NCBI GenBank assembly: GCA_964016885.1
Contig: OZ024742.1
Span: 93,124,001 to 93,188,000 of the forward strand
Source: Eledone cirrhosa
Lineage: Eukaryota
DNA: 64,000 nucleotides
Reading direction: 5' to 3'
A model generated the notes under the pieces. That model searched no databases. It saw nothing but the letters and a program-made list of their open reading frames with translations, and had not been told where the DNA came from. The position numbers were made by a program, and so were the translations under genes. Shown here piece after piece: positions 52,380 through 63,342 of this stretch (position 1 is its first letter; each line of letters starts with the position of its first letter).

Positions 52380-54362
52380 ATTTTCTTTTATTTGTTTTTT
52401 TAACTCCTAAATTTACATTTTGTTCATTCCCTAACCATATGATTATACTCTATGTATGTTCTTTTAACTATATTCTCTCTGTATTATGTTCTTTCCCTTA
52501 TTTTTGCTCCCTCCTATATTTTGGTCCCCTTCAAAATTGAAGACAGAAAGTCATGATACAACACAACAACAGTGCCACAGTACAACACAACAAAACGTAC
52601 CACTACAGACTGAGAATACATTGTAACTTTTTCAGTACTAAATTTCTAATGAAATATGCTACCTATGATTTTCAAATAATTTTGAAAATAATAAAGAATT
52701 TGAATTTAATCTCCTCATAATTATGCTGTTTGGAGCATAATTGAACAAAGTTTCTTATCTGAAATTGTGATAGATTTTTAGATGAATATAGTATTTTTAA
52801 TGATCTGTTGTTCCAATCATCCCTCAACTCAGTTAAAAGTCATATTTTTCTCCTTATCTGGTCTTTTGTTTTAGCCTTCTAAAAACACTATTTTCTACAC
52901 TTTCCAAAATGCTCTAATCAAACTACAAGACCCTCTTATTGCCAATATTGTTAGTTATTGTCTACAATCAAGTTCCTTCACACTATGGAGTTCTGTGATG
53001 GAAACAATCTATATGTAACACTAACTTCAGATAGCCAGCCAACCATCTGATCACCTACCAGTCAAGTAATCACACAAGCCAAATAGATTTTAATCTAATT
53101 AAAAATTGGGATAGACTGGTGATCGTAAATAAAAAGTCAGTACCTGGTGAGGAATGCACCACCTAATATAACCTACCACAGTACAATAAACAACACCACA
53201 GCACATCATCATGTTAACTAACAGATTAACCCTCTTCCCTTTTGAGGCAGAACAAGTCCCTAATTTGGGATGCAACATGCAGAAACTTGTTCTCCACCTC
53301 CAGTTTTTTTTGCTTTGGCCACAAATCTGGGCTCTGCTGACTGCACTTTGTACCAGTCTCCATCAAGATCTCTAGTGTCCATGGTTCCCTTACTGCTAAT
53401 TTCCTCCGTTAAGTCAGAAATACAGCATCCCTCTTGAGGATAGAGCCCTGTGAGGTGGTTGGCTGTTGCAGCAAGTGTTTCTGGCTGTTCTCTGTGGGAA
53501 CACCTTTGCTGTTTTGTCCACAGGGTATGGCTGAAGCACCTCTCAAACTGGGGTGTAGTGACTGTCTCCTTTTTTTTTTGCCACTTGATCCTTCTTTCTT
53601 TTTCTCTTTTACATTTTTTTCTTCTTCTTCCTTTTCTGCTCCCTTTGATAATGTATTTTGTTTTTATTAGCTACTGTTGTTTATGTTGTTTGTCGGTATA
53701 ATAAATATTAACTTTGAGCAGGAAAAAAACAAGAAAAACAAAAAATAAACATGATTTTGTGACCACCGATTTCCCAGAAGAGCTATCAATGTACAGCTAC
53801 TATCACACAAGACACAACACCACACCACATCACAACCCTTCTTCTGTCTGATAAATATTTCTGCTGGGTTCAACACATCGCAATAACATTGACAAGTTAC
53901 TTGTCAGAAATCTCTGACCAAAACAAAACTGTTCTTTATCCAAACTTCAAACTGCAACAACCCACTGCCACCATTAAACATACAACTATCTATAAAATAC
54001 TACTGCTGATTCCAACAGAGATAAGTAGAGGTCTGAACCATTTCTCCTTTGTCTATCTTTGTTGGCTGTCTGTGTGTATGTGTGTGTACATGCAGAAGAG
54101 AAAACCGGGAAACCTGCCAAACCCATGAAAGTGGAACATCGAACACAAGCCTACTGACCTGAAAATCACAAAAGGAAATATCCGGAAGAAATTCAAAGAA
54201 TTCATGCTGGGAAATCTCCAAGGCCAGATGGGTATTTCACATTGATGGAGCTGGTGGTGGTAGTGGGGGTGGAGATAGATATGGAACTGACCCTCTCATC
54301 ATTTCACTACCTTTTCACATCTCTGTCTCCTCATCTATCTATCTATCTATCTATCTATCTAT

Positions 54363-54864
54363 ACAATCCTTCAAAAACGAAGGAGAAGTAGTTTTCCTTT
54401 GTGGGATAGCTATGGCGAAAGAGGTTGTATGGTGGACAAGGTTGAAAGGGCTGAGGTCAGACACCTTTATCTCCAGCCAACAACTGATTCTTTTTTTCAA
54501 ATACCACTTTGGAAGAAGAATCAGGATGGAGAGAGAGGTGGTGTACCCCAGCAAGTTTTATGAAAGGTGGGTGAAAGTGGCGAGAATGGCCCGAGTGAAT
54601 GGGCCTTCTCTCTATATCAGCCTGTAGGTTGAGGAAAAAGAGGAAGAGAGGAAAGGGGTACAAACTCTTCGTACTCCTGGAGATGAGGGTTGCACATTTT
54701 TGGGGGGGTATGTGTTACCCATATGAAATGTCTCCCCCTTTTGGGGAAAATCGATTAATTTTTAAATTGCATTTGTGATAACATTTTACACGTTTTTATT
54801 GTATGTAAACTTCCCTCTTTGTATTTGTCCCCTTCTTTTGTGTCTCTGTGGCTAATAAAGAAAC
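54363..54864 (+). mobile_element. Probable Tx1/L1-clade LINE 3' fragment inserted in (TCTA)n
   Basis: AKEVVWWTR..FF..RIRMERE..F.ERW resembles L1/Tx1 ORF2 C-termini. The UTR ends in AATAAA, and (TCTA)n lies on both sides. Confidence 0.55.
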
Positions 54865-54984
54865 ATATCTATCTATCTATCCCTACATTTCAGTCTCACT
54901 CGATCAATCTCTGTGTTTCTGTCTCTATCTCTCTCTACCTTTTTGCCTTACAATATCTACATTTTTGTTTCACTCCCTTTATTT

Positions 54985-55860
54985 TTATCTTTCTATCTCT
55001 ATCTTTCTGTCTCTATCTTTCTATCCCACTCTGTCTACCTCTACCTTTCTCTGTCTTTCTATCTCTATCTTTCTATCTCTATCTTTCTATCTCTATCTTT
55101 CTATCTCTATCTTTCTGTCTCTATCTTTCTATCTCTATCTTTCTATCCCACTCTGTCTACCTCTACCTTTCTCTGTCTTTCTCTCTCTGTCTTTCTCTCT
55201 CTATCTTTCTCTCTCTATCTTTCTCTCTCTATCTTTCTATCCCACTCTGTCTACCTCTACCTTTCTCTGTCTTTCTCTCTCTGTCTTTCTCTCTCTATCT
55301 TTCTATCTCTATCTTTCTCTCTATATCTTTCTATCCCACTCTGTCTACCTCTACCTTTCTCTGTCTTTCTCTCTCTGTCTTTCTCTCTCTATCTTTCTCT
55401 CTCTATCTTTCTCTCTCTATCTTTCTATCCCACTCTGTCTACCTCTACCTTTCTCTGTCTTTCTCTCTCTGTCTTTCTCTCTCTATCTTTCTATCTCTGT
55501 CTTTCTCTCTCTATCTTTCTATCCCACTCTGTCTACCTCTACCTTTCTCTGTCTTTCTCTCTCTGTCTTTCTCTCTCTATCTTTCTCTCTCTATCTTTCT
55601 CTCTCTATCTTTCTCTCTCTATCTTTCTATCCCACTCTGTCTACCTCTACCTTTCTCTGTCTTTCTCTCTCTGTCTTTCTCTCTCTATCTTTCTATCTCT
55701 ATCTTTCTCTCTATATCTTTTTATCCCACTCTGTCTACCTCTACCTTTCTCTGTCTTTCTCTCTCTGTCTTTCTCTCTCTATCTTTCTATCTCTATCTTT
55801 CTCTCTCTATCTTTCTGTCCCACTCTGTCTACCTCTACCTTTCTCTGTCTTTCTCTCTCA
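54985..55860. repeat. Compound TC-rich minisatellite
   Basis: Recurring anchor atcccactctgtctacctctacctttctctgtc, separated by a variable number of 12-14 bp subunits. Confidence 0.95.
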
Positions 55861-55959
55861 ATTTATCTCTTTTTCTATTAAATCTCTGGTCGACTCTTTT
55901 CCTTTTGTCTCACTTCCTCACCCTCTCTGCTATTTATAATCACTTTTTGATACCCTCTT

Positions 55960-56016
55960 TCTTCTTCTTCTTCTTCTTCTTCTTCTTCTTCTTCTTCTTC
56001 TTCTTCTTCTTCTTCT
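55960..56016. repeat. (CTT)n microsatellite
   Basis: Direct reading. Confidence 0.95.
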
Positions 56017-56484
56017 CCCGCCCCCTCTCTCTCTTGTCCCTAATATTCAAACTTCATGCCTCTGTTTCTACTGCTACTTTTATTCCTTTACAGTATATAC
56101 TTGTATATAAACTGAGAAATATGTAACAAAAAAAACCAAAAAAAAATCGATGTTAAAATGAGGGTCAGCTTGTATTCTCAGGCTGTATTCTATGTCAATA
56201 TTTTGCTGATTTTCACCAACTTCAAAATTCTACCTAAATGATGTACTAAAATATTTTTGCTTTAGAGGTGAATATTACACTGGTTTCACTTTCGATGGGA
56301 AATTTGTGTTTTTTAAAAATATATTTTGAATGAATATGGCTTTCGAAACAGTTGCAAATTGTTAAAAAAATCATTATGCGAAACAAACTGCACTCTAATG
56401 ACACTTAAAACATTTTACACATCAAAATATTAAAACTTCTTAAATATATTCTCCAGTCATGTGAATTTTAAAACTGCACCCAAT

Positions 56485-57264
56485 GTGGTCTATCACACAT
56501 TATAAAAGACATATTCTATGAGTCCCTAATGCACACTACTTCCCAAGTAAGTGGCAGAGACTGCATAATCACTGCTGGTAACTTTAATGGGCATGTCAGG
56601 AAACACTGCAATGGCTGTGATGGGATCCATGGAGGTTATGGGTTTGGTACTAGAAATGAGGAAGGTTTCTGACTCCTGGTATTCTTTGATGCCAATGACC
56701 TATCAATCTGTAACGCAAACTTCAATAAATGAGACAATTATTTGATCACCTATAGATCAGAGGAGCACACTAGCCAAATAGATTTTATCCTTACCAGAAG
56801 ACAAGACAGAGTGATAGTTGTAAATACGTCCCTCCCTAGTGAAGAATGCATCTCCCAACATAACCTAATAGTTAGCAACCTTATAGTCAGGGCTAGACAA
56901 ACACAACAACAGAGGACAACCTTGAGGAGAAGAATGTGGAAGTTGAAGGACCCCACAATCAGTAACAAATTCAGAGACATGCTGCTGATGCTTTTTCCAG
57001 TAAGGCAGTAAGGAACAGCAAATAGAGACATACAATATAGAGGAGCAGTGGGAATTCGCGAAAGATAACCTACTGAAGATGACAAACAAAATCTGTGCTT
57101 TCAGCAAATCTCTAGGGAGAAGGACTTGGTAGTGAAACAGTAGGGTGGGGTAAACAGTTAAGGCCAACAAATAGGCATGGAAAGAATGGCAAGATGAGGG
57201 AAGTAGAGAACACTACCAGGAGGCTAGGAGAAAAGCTAGGTGACAAGTGCATTTTGCAAGAAAG
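56485..57264 (+). mobile_element. Decayed RTE endonuclease region, interrupted by the LTR element
   Basis: ITYRSEEHTSQIDFIL..WKLKDP is homologous to ORF 8779-9567. The sequence resumes briefly at 59180 (ETEDKK). Confidence 0.9.
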
Positions 57265-59175
57265 TTTAGCAGAAAAATAATATTATGCCATGTTGGCATA
57301 ATATCAATAAGAAAGAATATAAAGTTATTGTTGTTATTTGTTATAGTGAGAAATGTAAGGTTTGTTAAGTGAGAGAGAGGCAAAGTTAGTCATAAAGTGA
57401 ATGTTTGTTGAAGTAGTTGTAGTTCATTGTAGGCTTTGTAGAAAATATTACGAGACTTTATAACATTTTACAAGCTTTATTTACAACTGACCACAAAAGT
57501 TAAGCTGGGTTGACAAGTCAAAGAAGAGAACAAACAAAATTAAGAGTTTTAAGAAGTAAAGAAAAGGTGCTGTGTTGGGCCAAAGGAGGCCGACAGGCCA
57601 AAGTGAAAATCTCACCGTTACATAATTGCGTGTTGACCTTTCAGAGTCCAAAGTAGCAAGAGGCTAGTTTTTACCAAAGAAGGGGGAAAATCTTTGAGCT
57701 GGCGGAAGTTGATATATATCCATATGTGGCTTATGATTGGTCTGACTATAGCCAAATCACACCTGGATAGATTATTGATACATGCCAAGCAAGTAGCTCT
57801 GCTACAATACCCTCTGCTTAGATTGCAAAGCAGTCGATAAAAATGTGAAGATCGGACAGGTGACCAGTACGAAAATACTGAAAAAGAGCAAATAGTTCAA
57901 CTATGCAAAGGTACCAGAATGCTGAAATGACATAGGCCACTGTGTCAATGACTGGTTGTTGTCTACTTATAATGGGACCACCCGGGGCCTAATGGAAACA
58001 AATAAAGTCTGACATCGGTGAATAAGAAGCAGGTAGTTGAATTTATGCTGAAAATGAACACATTAATGAAAAAATAAATGCAAGCAGATAATTGTGAATG
58101 AGGCACTTAGGGCCATTGTTATGCCGCTGTGTCAACAACTGGCTGTTGTCTATTAATAACATGACCACCCGGGGTCTAATAGAAACAAATAAAGTCTGAC
58201 AAGGGTGAAAAAAAATGTGCATGAAATGTTTGTAATTGTTCTTCCATTAATTGTAATAAAACTTGTTGTCAATGATGCTGCTGTTGCTGGTGTTGTCATA
58301 GTCATTGGTGAGGTCATTGTAACTGTGTCGAAGCTGTAGTAGCCACCGTGGTGGTAAATGGCATTACCAGAAGCTGTAGGTGATACTGCTATCCATTGTG
58401 GTGGTGGTTGCGGCGATATAACTGCAAAGGTCTCACTATGTTGCGTCAGTTGCTGCTGATGGTGCCGAAGTTGTCAGCCTTGTTGCTGCTGGTGCTGTTA
58501 GTAGTGGAGTAATTGGTGGTAGCCATTTTTAAAATATTTTTCTCGTGTTGAAATTTTTTGAAATACTGCTAATTTTTTTTATTTTAAAGGAATATTTCGT
58601 ACTTAAATATTCCTCCGCCGGGAGTCATCATTTTAGCAGAAAAATAATATTATGCCTACATGGCATAATATTAATAAGAAAGAATATATGTTATTGTTGT
58701 TATTTGTTATAGTGAGAAATGTAAGGTTTGTTAAGTGAGAGAGAGGCAAAGTTAGTCATAAAGTGAATGTTTGTTGAAGTAGTTGTAGTTCATTGTAGGC
58801 TTTGTAGAAAATATTACGAGACTTTATAACATTTTACAAGCTTTATTTACAACTGACCACAAAAGTTAAGCTGGGTTGACAAGTCAAAGAAGAGAACAAA
58901 CAAAATTAAGAGTTTTAAGAAGTAAAGAAAAGGTGCTGTGTTGGGCCAAAGGAGGCCGACAGGCCAAAGTGAAAATCTCACCGTTACATAATTGCGTGTT
59001 GACCTTTCAGAGTCCAAAGTAGCAAGAGGCTAGTTTTTACCAAAGAAGGGGGAAAAATCTTTGAGCTGGCAGAAGTTGATATATATCCATATGTGGCTTA
59101 TGATTGGTCTGACTATAGCCAAATCACACACCTGGATAGATTATTGATACACATCAAGCAAGTAGCTCTGCTACA
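57265..59175 (-). mobile_element. Non-autonomous LTR retroelement (1.9 kb)
   Basis: Direct repeats at 57265-57806 and 58632-59175, with a 4-bp TSD AAAG (57261-57264, 59176-59179). On the minus strand the LTR runs TGTAGCAGA...TCTGCTAAA. A PBS-like TGATGACTCCCGGCG follows the 5' LTR and a short purine tract precedes the 3' LTR. No long internal ORF. Confidence 0.85.
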
Positions 59176-59228
59176 AAAGGAAACAGAAGATAAAAAAATT
59201 TAAACTGGGCTGATTAGCCTCATATGCA

Positions 59229-59616
59229 TATATCTAAAGATATACAGTAAGTTTAATAAATAAACATTTGGAAAGCCAAGCTATGAATATTGAAAGACTG
59301 ACAGCCAGTGCCATCTAGTGGATTCCAGCAGAAACAGTCAGGGGCAACTGTTTATGTGCATTTCAAGCTCTGGCTATCATCAGGACAGTGCTTCCCCTGG
59401 TGAAAAAACTATATATTTTCACCTGTTTCAAGTTGCAGCAGAGAGCAGGGGAAGCACTGCCATGATGATAACAAGAGCTTGAAATGCACAAAGACAGTTG
59501 TCACCCACTGCTTCTGCTGGAATCCATTGAACAGCACTGGCTGTCAGCCTTTCAATATTCATAGCTGTGCTTTCCAAGTGTTTATTTATTAAATACATTG
59601 TATAGCTCTAGATATA
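59229..59616. mobile_element. Foldback element: two diverged arms of about 170 bp, each with a hammerhead motif
   Basis: Arms at 59229-59399 and 59446-59616 are imperfect reverse complements. Confidence 0.85.
59347..59389 (-). ncRNA. Minimal type I hammerhead motif; decayed twin at 59456-59498 (+)
   Basis: actgtc CTGATGA t agc caga gct t GAAA TGCACA TA aacagt. The twin has gacagt, which restores a perfect helix I. Confidence 0.75.
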
Positions 59617-59650
59617 TGAAATTCACATACATACACACACACACATATAT

Positions 59651-59681
<31 letters not shown>

Positions 59682-59713
59682 CATATATACATATATATAC
59701 GCATATATATATA

Positions 59714-60063
59714 CATCATCATCATTTTCATCATTTCATTTTACGTCCACTTTTCCTTGCTTGCAAGGGTGGGACGGGAACTGATTCTGGCTTGATTTCT
59801 ACAGCTGGATGCCCTTCCTAACACCAACCTCATTTACAGTGAGTGCTGGGTGCTTTTTTGCCGTGGCACCTCCACGACCACTTTACAGTGGAATGATATG
59901 GACCCCAGTCCCTATCATTTCATTTCTACAGCTGAATAAACTGGAGCAATGTGAAATAAAGTGTCTTGCTCAAGGAAACAAGATATCACCCGGTCTGAGA
60001 ATTGAACTCACAACCTTTCAATTGCAAGGCCAATGCTCTAACCACTAAGCCATGTGCCTCCAT
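59714..60063 (-). mobile_element. tRNA-SINE family B (CORE-like, RTE tail)
   Basis: Reverse-complement match to 33982-34328. Confidence 0.9.
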
Positions 60064-60285
60064 ATATATATATAAATATATATATATATACGCATATATA
60101 TATATATACACACACATATATATATATATATATGCATATATATATATATATATATATATGTAGGAGGTGAGTTTTATTGTAGTACAATAAAGCAATGCAG
60201 ATATCGGATAAGAAGCACTCTACAGTTTGTGGGACTGGAGTATGCATAATATAAGATCAAAAGATGGTTAAAGGAGTTCCATATA

Positions 60286-60352
60286 TTTTATTATGCGCAT
60301 TTCAAAAACAAACATCATCAAGCAATAATATTTGTGTTTTCATCAGATAAAA
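60286..60352 (-). ncRNA. Hammerhead motif in the inverted pseudo-LTR
   Basis: Exact reverse complement of 62882-62948. Confidence 0.85.
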
Positions 60353-60421
60353 CAGGAGAACATGATATGAAGGCTAAAAAAACACTTGTTGATAGTGCAG
60401 TTTTAAATCAAAATATGAAAA

Positions 60422-61891
60422 GTGGTTTTAGACATTGGAATGGTCAACTTCGACATCACAATGGGAGCATCCGATTCATCCCAATTGACTGATTTAATTG
60501 GTATCTTCATTTTGAACTCTTTGAGTCGGAAAATTCCTCAACTTCGCGGTGGAATTTATCGTGACGATGGACTCTTTACTATCCTAAATTGCAATATAGT
60601 TAAACTTAATATTATTAAGAACAATATACGTAATCTCTTTAACCAACATAACCTAAAAATTGAATTTGATAATAGTATCAAACTAGCTAATTTCTTGGAT
60701 GTATCTCTTAATCTTGACACTGGCCTATATTACCCTTACCATAAAAACAATGAGAATCTTAATTATGTTAACTTTAAATCTAACCATCCTACCAATATCA
60801 AGAATGCTATAGTTAATAATATTGGAAATAGAATATCTAACATATCTTCTAATAAAAACATCTTTGATGCTAACGCCAATTACTATAATAACGCACTTTC
60901 TAAAGCCGGCTATCCAGATAAAATCAAATATAATAAAGAAACAAATTCTAGGAAAACTTACAGTAGAATAATTAATCTTGACCATTCCAATAATTTTAAT
61001 AAAAGACCTAGATACAAAAACATAATCTGGTATAATGCTCCTTTCTCCATCTCTATTAATAACAATATTCCTAAATTATTTTTTAGTGCCTTAAATAAAT
61101 GCTTCCCTCCCTCACATATCTATAGTAAAATATTTAACAAACACACCATCAAATTTTCGTATTCTACATCCTCCAATATTTCCAACATCATCTCTAAACA
61201 CAACAACAAAATATTAAATACTAAATCTCTTCCTTCCAATATTGAATTTCATAATAACAGTAATAGTACTCCCGACGTCATTGTAAACCCTAGGCTAACT
61301 TCTGTAAACCCAAATACAACGTCAAACACAACTTCGCTAAATGTTCATAATCCAACTCTAAATCAAGAAACTATTATTCCTATTATTCCTATCGCAAACA
61401 ACTTCTCCAATCCAATTCCTTCTATAGATAACACTAGATCACTCATTAATAATCTCTCTAATTGCAACTGCCGCATTAAAAATAAATGTCCTCTCAACAA
61501 CCATTGCCTCGATAAAAACTTAATTTATGAATGTAAAATTATAACTAGCACCAATTCCTTCACCTATTTTGGCTCCACTTCCACCTCTTTTAAAGCTCGT
61601 CTCTATAATCATCATTCATCTTTCAAATACAAACTTAAAAGAACTAACACTGCTCTCTCAGAACTCATATGGTCCTTAAAAGACAAAAACATTAAATATA
61701 ACATCTTTTGGAAAAAGATTTCTTCTGCATCCTCATACTTGAACAGCTCTCTATCTAAAATCTGTAATCTCTGCCTAAATGAAAAATTTACCATTATCTC
61801 TAACCTAGAATCTATAATAAATAGACGCTCAGATTTGTTTTCTATCTGCCTGCATAAATTCCATAGAACTTTTCACAAAGTATACAGTTAA
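60422..61891 (+). CDS. PLE reverse transcriptase C-terminal half plus GIY-YIG endonuclease (5'-truncated; Naiad-like by inference)
   Basis: Motifs ITMG, YRDDG, NFLDV, SNHP, CNC..CPL..C, LIY..YFGST..FKARLYNH, CNLCLNEK and CLH. The first few codons come from the inverted repeat, so the start is not native. Confidence 0.9.
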   Translation: MVLDIGMVNFDITMGASDSSQLTDLIGIFILNSLSRKIPQLRGGIYRDDGLFTILNCNIVKLNIIKNNIRNLFNQHNLKIEFDNSIKLANFLDVSLNLDTGLYYPYHKNNENLNYVNFKSNHPTNIKNAIVNNIGNRISNISSNKNIFDANANYYNNALSKAGYPDKIKYNKETNSRKTYSRIINLDHSNNFNKRPRYKNIIWYNAPFSISINNNIPKLFFSALNKCFPPSHIYSKIFNKHTIKFSYSTSSNISNIISKHNNKILNTKSLPSNIEFHNNSNSTPDVIVNPRLTSVNPNTTSNTTSLNVHNPTLNQETIIPIIPIANNFSNPIPSIDNTRSLINNLSNCNCRIKNKCPLNNHCLDKNLIYECKIITSTNSFTYFGSTSTSFKARLYNHHSSFKYKLKRTNTALSELIWSLKDKNIKYNIFWKKISSASSYLNSSLSKICNLCLNEKFTIISNLESIINRRSDLFSICLHKFHRTFHKVYS

Positions 61892-62881
61892 TATTCAATT
61901 CTTTATCAATTTAGAATCTTTCTCAAAGGCACATATACATACACCTCTTTAAAATATACCCATCTACCTTACTTTAAAGGGCATTATACACTCTATAATA
62001 CTTGTTTACTCATTACCCTCATTCTATCTTCTTGTAAAATAATAACATTTGTTTTTGACATTTTGAATATTCATCCGCAATCATTATTATTTTTTCTCTC
62101 TATCATAAATCTTTTTAATCTCAATTTCATCCTTAATTTATTATTATTTTTTTCTCCCCATCAACGAACTCATTATTAATACATATCAATTCAATATACA
62201 AACTTTAACTTCACATTATTTTTCTCAAATCCTTCTACACTTCTCAAATCCTTCTACCTTAACAATTTTTCTCTTCGCTAATTTTGAAATTGCCACAATA
62301 CATACATTTCTTCTTTTGACGTTAGAATATTCACCCACAATTATTATTTTTTTCTCTCTATCTTCATACATAATTTCCCTTCGTTAATTTTCAAATTCCT
62401 TTAATTTATACATTATCTTCCAACGGTTCCCAACCTCTCTATATTAAAACAATATATCTTTTTCTCAGTTATAAAAACTATCTCTTTCTCTCTATCACCC
62501 ATCTCTCCCTCTCCACCTTCACTCTCATCTCCTCCCCCCTTTTTTTCATCCTCTCCACCCCACCCTCCCTAAATAAAATATTTTTTCCTCGCACATATCC
62601 TCCCTTCGTTAATTTTCAAAATTTTTAATTTATACAGTATCTTCCAACGGTTTTCAACCCCTCTATGTAAAAAATATATCTCCTCTCAGTTATAAAAACT
62701 ATCTCTTTCTCTCTATCACCCATCTCTCCCTCTCATCTCCTTCCCTTTTCATCCCCCCCCCCCTCTCTAAATAAAATATTTTTCCCAATATCACACATCA
62801 ATCTAAAACCACTTTTCATATGTTGATTTAAAACTGCACTATCAACAAGTGTTTTTTTAGCCTTCATATCATGTTCTCCTG

Positions 62882-62948
62882 TTTTATCTGATGAAAACAC
62901 AAATATTATTGCTTGATGATGTTTGTTTTTGAAATGCGCATAATAAAA
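62882..62948 (+). ncRNA. Type I hammerhead ribozyme in the PLE 3' pseudo-LTR
   Basis: ttttat CTGATGA aaac acaaatattat tgcttg atgatgtttgt tttt GAAA TGCGCA TA ataaaa. Helix I 6 bp, helix II 11 bp with two U-G pairs, palindromic ATGCGCAT, AUA triplet. Confidence 0.9.
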
Positions 62949-62980
62949 TATATGGAACTCCTTTAACCATCTTTTGATCT

Positions 62981-63079
<99 letters not shown>

Positions 63080-63157
63080 ACAAAGGAAATGTGGTAAGGA
63101 ACCAGGTGGACTTTAACGCACCAAAGTACTCAATACTTAGGGTAGTAGAGTGGGTAA

Positions 63158-63260
63158 TAGGAATGAGTAGGACCCCGACGGCTAATTCTGGACGGCTAAT
63201 TCTAAGTCCAGAATTAGCCGTCGAAACGGCTTGAGCTCAGCCGTCGGGGTCCTACTCGTT

Positions 63261-63264
<4 letters not shown>
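63158..63264. repeat. 107-bp GC-rich nested palindrome (hammerhead 3' half foldback, or MITE)
   Basis: Arms taggaatgagtaggaccccgacggct / agccgtcggggtcctactcgttccta. An inner 13-bp hairpin is followed by GAAA CGGCTtgagctcAGCCG TC. Confidence 0.75.

Positions 63265-63342
<78 letters not shown>

Larger units (their letters stand above)
60246..62988 (+). mobile_element. Young 5'-truncated Penelope-like element with inverted pseudo-LTR
   Basis: 187-bp inverted repeats at 60246-60432 and 62802-62988 (1 mismatch by eye) enclose an RT plus GIY-YIG ORF. The 3' end runs into (TA)n. Confidence 0.95.

Noticed and set aside
54819-56126. Three overlapping 322-435 aa Leu/Ser/Phe ORFs
   Set aside because: A pyrimidine-rich minisatellite is open in all three frames.
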